From positions 104,372 through 168,371 of the forward strand of contig JBGURP010000055.1 of assembly GCA_045132055.1 (NCBI GenBank): a DNA stretch of 64,000 bases, written 5' to 3'. Each line of letters starts with the position of its first letter. Within the stretch, counting starts at the first letter, position 1. The notes beneath the pieces were generated by a model. The model saw only the letters and a program-made list of their open reading frames with translations. It had not been told where the DNA came from and made no database searches. Positions 30,787-38,801 of this stretch are shown here, piece after piece. This stretch comes from Bacteroidales bacterium (lineage in GTDB: Bacteria; Bacteroidota; Bacteroidia; Bacteroidales; WCHB1-69). The translations under genes were made by a program, and so were the position numbers.

Positions 30787-30893
30787 AGCGATGATTTTTA
30801 CAGGTGGCAAAGGTACGATTTTTTGATGAATGGCGGGCTTTTAAATGGATGGCAAATCCAATGTAAAGACGTGCCATGGCACGTCTCTACAAA

Positions 30894-32126
30894 TCAAAAA
30901 TCGGTATATACCCATTTGAAAATCTGATCGCCGCGGCGCACCAGGCTTTTCACAGGGATGGAACAGGCCACGCCCTTTTCCACTTTGTCCACCGGTTTGA
31001 GGTCGAGGCGGATTTCGGAAACCTTGTCTTCGTAAACGCCAGTGGTGGCTCCGATGATGAGAATCTCATCGCCCACGGCAAGCGAGTTTTCCTCCATCCA
31101 GATTTCGGCCACCGACAGTTTGGAGAAGTAGTTGGTGATTTTGCCGACTCTCTGTTTGGTGCGTGTGGCCATGGAGCCGTATTTTCCGGACCATTCGCCG
31201 ATTTTGCGTCCCAAATAGTAGCCGCCCCAAAAATCGCGGTTATAGACGCTGCGCAAGCGCGTCATCCATTGCTCGGTTTTCTCTTCATTGAAAGTGCCCT
31301 CGTCAATGGCACGCAAAGCCTCGTGATAGCATTCCGTCACCACCTTCACGTACTCGGGAGAGCGGCCGCGACCTTCAATCTTGAGAATGGAAACCCCGGA
31401 TTTGATGATTTTGTCCAGGAAACTGATGGTACACAAGTCTTTAGGAGACAAAATATAAGGATTATCTACCTCCAATTCTATCTCATTTTCCTCATCGATA
31501 ATCCGGTATGAACGGCGGCAAGGTTGGTTGCAAGCTCCGCGGTTGGAGGAGAAATTGTAGTTGTCGAGGCTGAGGTAACATCTTCCCGAAACGGCCATGC
31601 ACAAGGCGCCGTGCACGAAAATCTCAATCTTCATCAACTCGCCTTTCGGGCCTGTAATATGCTGGTCTTTAATTGCTTGACAGATGTCTGCAATCTGTCT
31701 CAGTGTACACTCGCGGCCCAGCACCACCACATCGGCAAACTGCGCGTAGTAGCGCACCGCCTCCACATTGGTGACGTTGCATTGGGTGGAAAGATGGATT
31801 TCCAGCCCGATTTGTCTGGCATATTGTATCACGGCCATATCGGAGGCGATGATAGCCGTCACATTGCATCGTTTGGCGGCGTCCAGCAGCTCATGCGCTT
31901 TCTCAATTTCATCGTTATATACGATGGTGTTGACGGTCAGGTAGGTTTTCACCTGATGCTCGTGGCAGATGTCCGTGATTTGCTGCAGGTCTTCTAATGT
32001 GAAATTGGCTGCGGAGCGGGAGCGCATGTTCAACACACCCACGCCAAAATACACAGACCCCGCACCGGCCTGAATCGCCGCTGCAAGAGACTCATACGAG
32101 CCAGCCGGAGACATTATTTCAACCAT
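30894..32126 (-). CDS. Peptidase U32 family protein
   Basis: 410 aa with an N-terminus (SPAGS...AAIQAGAGSVYFG) and a cysteine-containing core typical of U32. Confidence 0.8.
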   Translation of the reverse strand: MVEIMSPAGSYESLAAAIQAGAGSVYFGVGVLNMRSRSAANFTLEDLQQITDICHEHQVKTYLTVNTIVYNDEIEKAHELLDAAKRCNVTAIIASDMAVIQYARQIGLEIHLSTQCNVTNVEAVRYYAQFADVVVLGRECTLRQIADICQAIKDQHITGPKGELMKIEIFVHGALCMAVSGRCYLSLDNYNFSSNRGACNQPCRRSYRIIDEENEIELEVDNPYILSPKDLCTISFLDKIIKSGVSILKIEGRGRSPEYVKVVTECYHEALRAIDEGTFNEEKTEQWMTRLRSVYNRDFWGGYYLGRKIGEWSGKYGSMATRTKQRVGKITNYFSKLSVAEIWMEENSLAVGDEILIIGATTGVYEDKVSEIRLDLKPVDKVEKGVACSIPVKSLVRRGDQIFKWVYTDF

Positions 32127-32145
32127 AATTGATAATTTGAAATTT

Positions 32146-32193
32146 GGAATGGGAAATGGGGAATGGGGAATTGGGAATTGGGAATTGGGAATT
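32146..32193. repeat. Short tandem repeat of GGGAAT(T/G)-type units
   Basis: ggaatgggaaatggggaatggggaattgggaattgggaattgggaatt, in the intergenic region between the U32 and rluB-like genes. It is followed by repeated GTACCCTG and CCCTGAT words. Confidence 0.8.
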
Positions 32194-32236
32194 TAGACTG
32201 GAGATTGTACCCTGTTTACTGTACCCTGATCCCTGA

Positions 32237-33412
32237 TTACTGTTCTCTATTCTCCTCTTTTTCCTTTTTCGATATCATTTTGAGGAAAGCCACTTCTTTT
32301 TTGGTGAGGAAGCGCCACATGCCGCGGGGCAGGTCTTTTTTGGTGAGGCCGGCGAAGATTACGCGGTCGAGTTTCACCACATCGTAGCCGAGAAAATCGA
32401 ACATACGGCGGATGATGCGGTTTTTGCCGGAGTGGATGGTGATGCCAATCTCTTTCTTGGAGTCGGAACCTTCCACATACTGCACGTCGTCAGGGATGAT
32501 GACGCCGTCGGAGAGTTCGAGGCCATTGCGGATGGCAGCCATGTCGATAGCGGCGAAGGGTTTGTCCACCTCCACCAGATAGGTCTTCTCAATCTGAGTG
32601 CTCGGGTGGGTCAGTTTCTTGGTAAGATCGCCGTCGTTGGTGAAGAGCAGCAGGCCGGTGGTGTCGCGGTCGAGGCGGCCCACAGGATAGATGCGTTCCT
32701 TGCACGCGTCGCGCACGAGTTCCATCACGTTGGCACGGTCGTGCTCATCGTCGGTGGTGGTGATGTAGTCTTTGGGCTTGTTGAGGAGCACATAGACGGG
32801 TTTCTCGCGTTGGAGCACGCGGTCGCCGAAGCGCACCTCATCGGTGGGCAGCACTTTGTGGCCCATCTCGGTCACCACTTCGCCGTTCACGGTGATGGCT
32901 CCGGAGGCAATCAGCACGTCCGCATCGCGGCGCGAGCAGATACCGGCGTTGGCGATGTACTTGTTCAAGCGGATCGGGCCGTGCTGTTCCTCAAATTCGA
33001 GGGAGAGGATTTTCTGCGAGCGTGGCGTCTGCCGGCCCTCGCGTTTGCGCCGGGCCACAATCTCGGTCAGAATCTCCGACTCGGCCGTAACATTACGTTT
33101 GCGCGGACGGTCGTCCTCCTTGCGATCGCGGAAAGAGCGTCTCGGACGCTCGTCGTTATCGTCAAAACGGCGCTTTGGACGGTCATTGTCGTAGCCGGTT
33201 TTCTTGAAACTGCGTTTGCCACGGGAAAAGTTCTCCTCGCCATTGTCAAAATGACGTTTGGATTTATAAGGCTTGTCCTTGAACGAACGTTTGGGTTTGG
33301 AACTGCCCGCTTCGTCGTTGTTGAAGCGGCGCTTTGGGCGACTCTCTGTGCGCGGCTTTCTCTCGAAAGTCTGGTCGTCCGAAAAATCTTCGCTGTTGAA
33401 TTTGCGTGCCAT
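32237..33412 (-). CDS. rluB: Pseudouridine synthase (RluB/RsuA family) with a long basic N-terminal extension
   Basis: S4 domain (RLNKYIANAGICSRR) and the catalytic GRLDRDTTGLLL motif. The first ~130 aa are Arg/Lys/Asp-rich. Confidence 0.8.
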   Translation of the reverse strand: MARKFNSEDFSDDQTFERKPRTESRPKRRFNNDEAGSSKPKRSFKDKPYKSKRHFDNGEENFSRGKRSFKKTGYDNDRPKRRFDDNDERPRRSFRDRKEDDRPRKRNVTAESEILTEIVARRKREGRQTPRSQKILSLEFEEQHGPIRLNKYIANAGICSRRDADVLIASGAITVNGEVVTEMGHKVLPTDEVRFGDRVLQREKPVYVLLNKPKDYITTTDDEHDRANVMELVRDACKERIYPVGRLDRDTTGLLLFTNDGDLTKKLTHPSTQIEKTYLVEVDKPFAAIDMAAIRNGLELSDGVIIPDDVQYVEGSDSKKEIGITIHSGKNRIIRRMFDFLGYDVVKLDRVIFAGLTKKDLPRGMWRFLTKKEVAFLKMISKKEKEENREQ

Positions 33413-33437
33413 TAAAGGTTTTTTCTAAAAATCGCTG

Positions 33438-33445
33438 CAAAGATA
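33438..33445 (-). promoter_or_regulatory. -7 promoter box (TATCTTTG on the minus strand) for the rluB-like gene
   Basis: The reverse complement of caaagata matches TAnnTTTG, 25 nt upstream of the ATG. Confidence 0.5.
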
Positions 33446-33707
33446 TACAAAATATTGCACATTTTTCATGTAGGCCTGCCAGACCACGGTAGCAAAGACA
33501 CACATCCTCCGCACGCCTTTAGGTGTGCGACGGGGGCTCTGAAATTGCACATAACATAAACATCTGTCAAGGCATTCATCTTCTTGCTGTTGATGTAGAT
33601 GGTTACCCTGCGGGTACTGCTCTTTGTCATATACTTGCAGTTTGGGCAAAATGGCCGAAATGTCCGGCACAGTCTGGGAATTCAATTATGGATTTGAAAA
33701 TCGGATG

Positions 33708-34331
33708 TTATTCTCTATGGGGTAAACGGTTCGAAGATTTAAAATCCAAAAATATATCTTCAAATTTTGAATCTGGTCTTACAACTTTAAATTTGCTTTT
33801 TTGATATACATACCTCTGTATATCAAAAGTGATAAACAAAGGTATATCAGAAGAATGTGTATCAATATGACTAAACAAATCATCCATATATCGGACACTT
33901 GACACTTCTGATATCCATTCAAATTTTTTAGGTATCAAGATTGTGTTTTTTGTTCTTCGAAAGAACCTTTTAGTGGATTGATCCCCAAAGACGAAACAAT
34001 CATAATTCGAAATCTTAAGGTATCCTACAAGATTTTGAGATTGAAATTCTGTTTCTGTAATCAAATAACAAGCCAATCCTTTGTTGATACACCCGACGAA
34101 TAGGAACTGACACCCATCAAATTTACAGACACTCAACAAAATGACATTTGACTTGTTTGTGCCTTTTGTGTTGAGGACCAAAGAATCTATGAGAGTCTTT
34201 ACTTGTTTGTTTTTTAATATCAAAATTGGTGTTTGTTTTGGAACGGAATCATGAACTGCAGACGCGCTCAAAAACAAAAAACTAAAGAATATAAAAATAA
34301 TAATTTTTGATACATGTTTTAACATTGTCAA
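33708..34331 (-). CDS. Putative immunity protein for orphan toxin cassette 3 (secreted)
   Basis: First ORF downstream of the orphan CT at 34441-35268. Low GC, N-terminal signal peptide, no known domain. Confidence 0.45.
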   Translation of the reverse strand: MTMLKHVSKIIIFIFFSFLFLSASAVHDSVPKQTPILILKNKQVKTLIDSLVLNTKGTNKSNVILLSVCKFDGCQFLFVGCINKGLACYLITETEFQSQNLVGYLKISNYDCFVFGDQSTKRFFRRTKNTILIPKKFEWISEVSSVRYMDDLFSHIDTHSSDIPLFITFDIQRYVYQKSKFKVVRPDSKFEDIFLDFKSSNRLPHRE

Positions 34332-34440
34332 ATAAAATTAGGTAAAGATTGAAACGAGCAGGTAAAATGGAACTGTTGAGAGATTGATGGTTATGATATT
34401 GAAAATAAAGATTGTAAACTTTTTCAGATGGTGTCAAATA

Positions 34441-35268
34441 TTAATTGTTATTAGTTCGTGCCGATTTCTTGCTTCCAAAATAATCGTAAAAAGTACCATT
34501 GGGAAAAGTTTTCTTCTCAAACATATAGTACTGTCTCTCTCCAGCCATATAAATACCTGTTGATACACTATTCTTGATGTGATTTTTTGCCGCATCACTA
34601 TCTGCACGACTTATAAAATCTTTGCCTGTGTGTTTCAAATCATGACTATGATAGGATTCTTTTTCGTTAGTGACTCCAGGCATTCTCACAAAAAGTTCCT
34701 CTCCTGCTGTCCCCACACGAACTTCCTTGTCAGAGGATGAAATTGCCCATTCCACAGATGTGTTCTCGGCAGCAAATTCAAAAAATGAATATCCAACATC
34801 TAAATTTGAAAAGTGCATATAGTTAGTTGTACAGGATTTCATAGAAGATTTCCCGTTTTCATCGAAAATCTCTTGTTCGAACGTATAAGAATCTTTTTTT
34901 TGATTAATACTATTTGCTGGAAACTTTCTACTTGTGGCCTCTCCTTCTGAAGTTGTTGCGTGAACTATATCTATATCGGTTCTGCCATTTTCTCTTTTAG
35001 TTAAAGTTCCATCACGTGCTAAATCCCACTCGTCCTCCCCGTTAGGATCAACAACTTTTATAGGGTTATTACTGCAATAAACATAGTTTGATTGATGAGG
35101 ATATTTCGAAGCCATCGGATCCACGCTCAGCCAAATGCTCAAATCGGAGTTGTAATACCTTGAACCAAAGTAGGAAAAGCCTGTTTCTTTGTCCTTTTCC
35201 TTTGCGGAGAAGGTGAAAGTCCGGGTAGGGGCAAAGGGGCTATATGCTCTGATGACGGGCATGGGCAA
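34441..35268 (-). CDS. Orphan Rhs C-terminal toxin cassette 3 (RHS core-end plus JAB/MPN-like tip)
   Basis: FTFSAKEKDKETGFSYFGSRYYNSDLSIWLSVDP...NPIKVVDPNGE followed by a ~210-aa variable domain containing YHSHD-x10-SRAD (HxH...SxxD). Confidence 0.75.
   Translation of the reverse strand: MPMPVIRAYSPFAPTRTFTFSAKEKDKETGFSYFGSRYYNSDLSIWLSVDPMASKYPHQSNYVYCSNNPIKVVDPNGEDEWDLARDGTLTKRENGRTDIDIVHATTSEGEATSRKFPANSINQKKDSYTFEQEIFDENGKSSMKSCTTNYMHFSNLDVGYSFFEFAAENTSVEWAISSSDKEVRVGTAGEELFVRMPGVTNEKESYHSHDLKHTGKDFISRADSDAAKNHIKNSVSTGIYMAGERQYYMFEKKTFPNGTFYDYFGSKKSARTNNN
35038..35217 (-). repeat. Rhs core-end homology box, copy 1 of 7
   Basis: DNA homologous to 39368-39548. Shares the exact 17-mer TTCACCTTCTCCGCAAA (gene-sense strand). 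This is the most diverged copy. Confidence 0.85.
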
Positions 35269-35281
35269 TTTTTTTTAAAGA

Positions 35282-35872
35282 TTATTTTTCACTACATTTG
35301 TAATGTTTGATAATTCTGTTGGCCTTGTGTTTTTTAACAGGTTTTTCAACCCGAATTGCAGAAGAAATACAATCATTTAAAGCAGCGGTGTCCCTTTCAG
35401 ATGCATATGTATATCCCACATATAAATGTTCAAAACCACTGTTGCTTACTCCATATAAATGATCTGGCTTTTCCAAGTTATATATTAAACAATATTTCCA
35501 AAATGTAGAATCGTGTCCTCCGCATTCATATAAAACACCTGCACTTGGTATATTAATTCTTTCTCCCGATTGATATAAGTGCTGCGTTTTCAGTAAAAAG
35601 TTGTACAAAGTGTCATGTGATTTATATGGATATTCCTCACTAATGTAAAAAATAGCGTCATGATAGGTGGTGAACGTATAACAATCTGAATGTCCCCTTA
35701 TTATGATTTTAATATTGCTGTTAAAAGGCAACTTTACCACATAGGCGGGGGAATCCTTTAATGGTTTGTATATAAATGCCTTACAACCACGTACATGTGA
35801 GTATGTTTCGCAACCATTTAATACAGTCATCACACACAAACAAATCAGACCCAGTTTAGCGCTTTTTTTCAT
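35282..35872 (-). CDS. Putative immunity lipoprotein for orphan toxin cassette 2
   Basis: Immediately downstream of, and overlapping, the CT gene. Start taken at MKKSAKLGLICLCVMTVLNGC (lipobox). Confidence 0.5.
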   Translation of the reverse strand: MKKSAKLGLICLCVMTVLNGCETYSHVRGCKAFIYKPLKDSPAYVVKLPFNSNIKIIIRGHSDCYTFTTYHDAIFYISEEYPYKSHDTLYNFLLKTQHLYQSGERINIPSAGVLYECGGHDSTFWKYCLIYNLEKPDHLYGVSNSGFEHLYVGYTYASERDTAALNDCISSAIRVEKPVKKHKANRIIKHYKCSEK

Positions 35873-36785
35873 AGGATTTGATATCAAAAGGTAAATATGG
35901 ACTTGTACCATCTTCATTTAAAAGCGATGGCCATTCTCCTCCTTGAAAATGTCCATCGTTAGTAAACCCAGACCTATAATGAGTTCTATATCCAAACCCT
36001 AATTCTTTTCGGACAATATTTTCCCTATAACAGGCGACCCATTCGTTTTTCCCTATTTTATCCTCGGGGTTGGGATCTCTCCCAACGGAAGTGAGATCTG
36101 TCCAATTATTATTGTCATCAAAAGCATGGGATAATTCATGAGCCAAATCACATGTTGGATTAAATTCTCCTAAAGGTGTTCCTTCAACGGGCAGCCTTGT
36201 TCCATTAGAATTCCATGTGATAGTATTCGGGTCATTTTTCTCGTATCCACTCGCGCCAGCTTTTATTGTATATTTAGTGTCTGATTCTTGCAAATCAGAA
36301 ATCATCCGGTTCCCCTCTGTGGTTTTATTTATCTTGTCCAATGAATTCTTCGCTTTGTTCACAAAGCGGTTCTGCTGTCGTTCATTAAGACTGCTACCTT
36401 TTAAATGAGTCAGCGTTCCGTCTTTTTCATACCTGTATTGTGATCCTTTCCATTCTATTATTATTTCTTCCCCATTCGGATCCACCAGCTTTATTGGGTT
36501 ATTCGCGCAATACACATACGGACTCAAATTCGGATATTTGTCACTCATCGGGTCAACGCTCAACCAGATGCTCAAGTCGGAGTTGTAGTACCTTGAGTCA
36601 AAGTAAGAAAAGCCTGTCTCGGCATCCTTCTCTTTTGCGGAGAAGGTGAAACGGGAAGATATATTGTTAAGATATTGATTTGCAATACTTTCAGTCACAC
36701 AGGAAGACATACTCCAACATCTGCGATAGGAGTTTCCATTGCAGGCCATTTCTGGGTAATATGACACGAGTGAATCGGACTTCAT
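35856..36785 (-). CDS. Orphan Rhs C-terminal toxin cassette 2 (HExxH metallopeptidase-like tip)
   Basis: Own ATG plus a 45-aa leader, then FTFSAKEKDAETGFSYF...NPIKLVDPNGEE, then a variable domain with AHELSHAFDD. Confidence 0.8.
   Translation of the reverse strand: MKSDSLVSYYPEMACNGNSYRRCWSMSSCVTESIANQYLNNISSRFTFSAKEKDAETGFSYFDSRYYNSDLSIWLSVDPMSDKYPNLSPYVYCANNPIKLVDPNGEEIIIEWKGSQYRYEKDGTLTHLKGSSLNERQQNRFVNKAKNSLDKINKTTEGNRMISDLQESDTKYTIKAGASGYEKNDPNTITWNSNGTRLPVEGTPLGEFNPTCDLAHELSHAFDDNNNWTDLTSVGRDPNPEDKIGKNEWVACYRENIVRKELGFGYRTHYRSGFTNDGHFQGGEWPSLLNEDGTSPYLPFDIKSYEKKR
36470..36650 (-). repeat. Rhs core-end homology box, copy 2 of 7
   Basis: Shares the exact 26-mer TTCACCTTCTCCGCAAAAGAGAAGGA (gene-sense) with the main rhs gene. 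Confidence 0.9.
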
Positions 36786-36789
36786 TCGG

Positions 36790-36797
36790 CAAAGTTA
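36790..36797 (-). promoter_or_regulatory. Cassette promoter box (TAACTTTG on the minus strand), 4 nt upstream of the orphan 2 ATG
   Basis: The same GTAACTTTGCC box with the same 4-nt spacing to the ATG occurs at 52510 and 55529. Confidence 0.55.
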
Positions 36798-36846
36798 CGA
36801 AATATTCAAATACAGTTAATTATTTAACTGACAAGGGGGCATATCA

Positions 36847-37473
36847 TTATTTTTTTCGTGATTTGCATATTGACAAACAACCATTGTCTTCAGATGGCAA
36901 TATCTGAACATCTATAAATTCATATAATTTTTTTTGAGTTGTGTTACTTGTCAAAATCGTTTCGTCGGTGATTTTTATCCATAAATACATTTCAATAAAT
37001 GGCATATAATCAACTATGGATTTCCCTATTTCAGTCTTACATTGCGCCTCCCAAAATTGTATTCTACTTTTTCTGTCCATACGTAAAAAAATCACATCAT
37101 GTGCTGGATACCTAATACTATCCACATAAACTATTGTTGTTAATGGTGCTATCCGAAAAAACGATGGCAACCAACAGCAGTTTTTAGCATCAACACTATC
37201 ATCGCCCAACACATAAGAATCATTTGTCAATGGGTGTAATGCATGTTTATAAGGTTCGTTGTAAATTTTCTGATATTCTCGAATACAGCACATCGCCGTA
37301 ATACGCAGCATGCAAGGTTTGTCAATTGGCAGATATAGCGTGTCAGTTCTGTTAAAATCCCTGTTGGTATATATTTTTTCAATGCTATTATATTTTCTGT
37401 TCTGAGAAAATATAATATTAACATTAGACAACAAAAATAATACTAAGAAAATTCTAATAACCATTGATTTCAT
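36847..37473 (-). CDS. Putative immunity protein for orphan toxin cassette 1 (secreted)
   Basis: Starts 8 nt after the CT gene stop. Has a signal peptide (MKSMVIRIFLVLFLLSNVNIIFSQ) and low GC. Confidence 0.5.
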   Translation of the reverse strand: MKSMVIRIFLVLFLLSNVNIIFSQNRKYNSIEKIYTNRDFNRTDTLYLPIDKPCMLRITAMCCIREYQKIYNEPYKHALHPLTNDSYVLGDDSVDAKNCCWLPSFFRIAPLTTIVYVDSIRYPAHDVIFLRMDRKSRIQFWEAQCKTEIGKSIVDYMPFIEMYLWIKITDETILTSNTTQKKLYEFIDVQILPSEDNGCLSICKSRKK

Positions 37474-37481
37474 AATAGCAT

Positions 37482-38360
37482 TTATTTGTAAAAAGACTTG
37501 ATAAGAGATGGTGTGTGTGCTCCTTTATCAAACCCCTCATATAATCTCGTGGAATTGGCAATCGATTTGCTTTTAAAACCATCTCGTAGGGTATTGAATT
37601 TTTTAGTGAAATTAGTTTCATTAATACGGCGACATTGAAAATCAGCAAAAGCTTCACTATAGGGATCTCCTTCTTTGGTACCGCCTTTAGGCCCCAACAC
37701 CAATCCGCCTCCAACTGTCAACATTGAAAAAAGATTAGCCTCCACCTCATTATGTATGGAAGCGCCTCCTTGTCCTTTCAATTCTTGATAACCATGAAAT
37801 AGTTCATGAGCCAGATAATCAGCATTATCTAATTGTCCATTCATATACATGGTTCCACCGTTGTTTCCATCTTTCTGAAATCGTCCAGTCCCATCATTTT
37901 TAAGGGATTCATTGGTAAATGTGAAAGTGGGTGAATCCTTCCCCGTCATTTCATCAATTACTGATTTACCGGCTTCTTTCCCATATATTTTATCAAGATT
38001 GTTCCATGCTGCCTGAACATTCTTGTCTGTGCTGTTGCATTGTTGCCCAGGAGTGAAAGTGTGTTCTCCATCCTCGCCTTGTATTACTATTGTTTCCCCA
38101 TTCGGATCCACCAGCTTAATGGGGTTGTTGGCACAATAGGTATATGGCGACAAATTCGGATATTTGTCACTCATCGGATCGACGCTCAGCCAGATGGACA
38201 AATCGGAGCTGTAATACCTTGAACCAAAGTAAGAAAAGCCGGTTTCGGAGTCCTTTTCTTTTGCGGAGAAGGTGAAACTTGCTGAAAACAAGGTTTTTAT
38301 GGGGTAATATGTTGATACTGGGGTGTTCATACGCCGTGAAATTACAAAATAATTGAACAT
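37482..38360 (-). CDS. Orphan Rhs C-terminal toxin cassette 1 (HExxH metallopeptidase-like tip)
   Basis: FTFSAKEKDSETGFSYFGSRYYSSDLSIWLSVDPMSDKYPNLSPYTYCANNPIKLVDPNGE, then a variable domain with AHELFHGYQ. The true start may be the internal Met at 38330. Confidence 0.8.
   Translation of the reverse strand: MFNYFVISRRMNTPVSTYYPIKTLFSASFTFSAKEKDSETGFSYFGSRYYSSDLSIWLSVDPMSDKYPNLSPYTYCANNPIKLVDPNGETIVIQGEDGEHTFTPGQQCNSTDKNVQAAWNNLDKIYGKEAGKSVIDEMTGKDSPTFTFTNESLKNDGTGRFQKDGNNGGTMYMNGQLDNADYLAHELFHGYQELKGQGGASIHNEVEANLFSMLTVGGGLVLGPKGGTKEGDPYSEAFADFQCRRINETNFTKKFNTLRDGFKSKSIANSTRLYEGFDKGAHTPSLIKSFYK
38096..38277 (-). repeat. Rhs core-end homology box, copy 3 of 7
   Basis: Contains a 43-nt exact direct match to the main rhs box (ggatatttgtcactcatcggatcgacgctcagccagatggaca). 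Confidence 0.9.
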
Positions 38361-38449
38361 GGCACAAGTTCCTTGCTGTTGTGCGGCGTGGGAGGTTTAA
38401 ATAATTGTAACAACCATAAGATATTGTCCATTTTTGAGAATGACTTCTA

Positions 38450-38800
38450 TCATAGAACATGTGGTGAAATATTTATTACAATATTTTTTCCCTGTATAAT
38501 AGAATCGGGTGAATAATGAAGAATCAATTGAGAGGTATACCAATCTAAATAAAATGAAGTGTCTGTGGAGTTCTGGAATTTTTTAGAAATCATGTATGAA
38601 TCCCCGTCTTGAAGGTCTATTTGAAAACTCCCTAACACATCTCCTTGGATAGTAACGTCTATCCCAGTAATATTCAAATCTTCATCAAAACATATCGTAT
38701 CTGTCACTTCTGAACAAATAGTATCTATGAGAAATGACTGGGATGAATCATTCTCACAAGATGCTAATGCTAAAGAAGATATAAGCAAAACGATTGCCAT
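38450..38800 (-). CDS. Putative cognate immunity lipoprotein of the resident Rhs toxin tip
   Basis: The ATG lies 1 nt after the rhs stop (TAG-A-ATG). MAIVLLISSLALASC is a lipobox. 116 aa. Confidence 0.55.
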   Translation of the reverse strand: MAIVLLISSLALASCENDSSQSFLIDTICSEVTDTICFDEDLNITGIDVTIQGDVLGSFQIDLQDGDSYMISKKFQNSTDTSFYLDWYTSQLILHYSPDSIIQGKNIVINISPHVL

Positions 38801-38801
38801 T

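Noticed and set aside
32163-32387. A 74-aa ORF beginning MGNWELGIGN
   Set aside because: It is a translation of the GGGAAT tandem repeat running into the antisense strand of the rluB-like gene 3' end. There is no coding evidence.
32432-33415. A 327-aa plus-strand ORF
   Set aside because: It is antisense to the rluB-like gene and is a shadow ORF in GC-rich sequence.
33425-33707. An 86-aa minus-strand ORF and surrounding sequence at the left island border, considered as a possible att site or gene remnant
   Set aside because: I saw no recognisable protein motif and could not find a matching direct repeat at the right border by eye. A computed repeat search would be needed.
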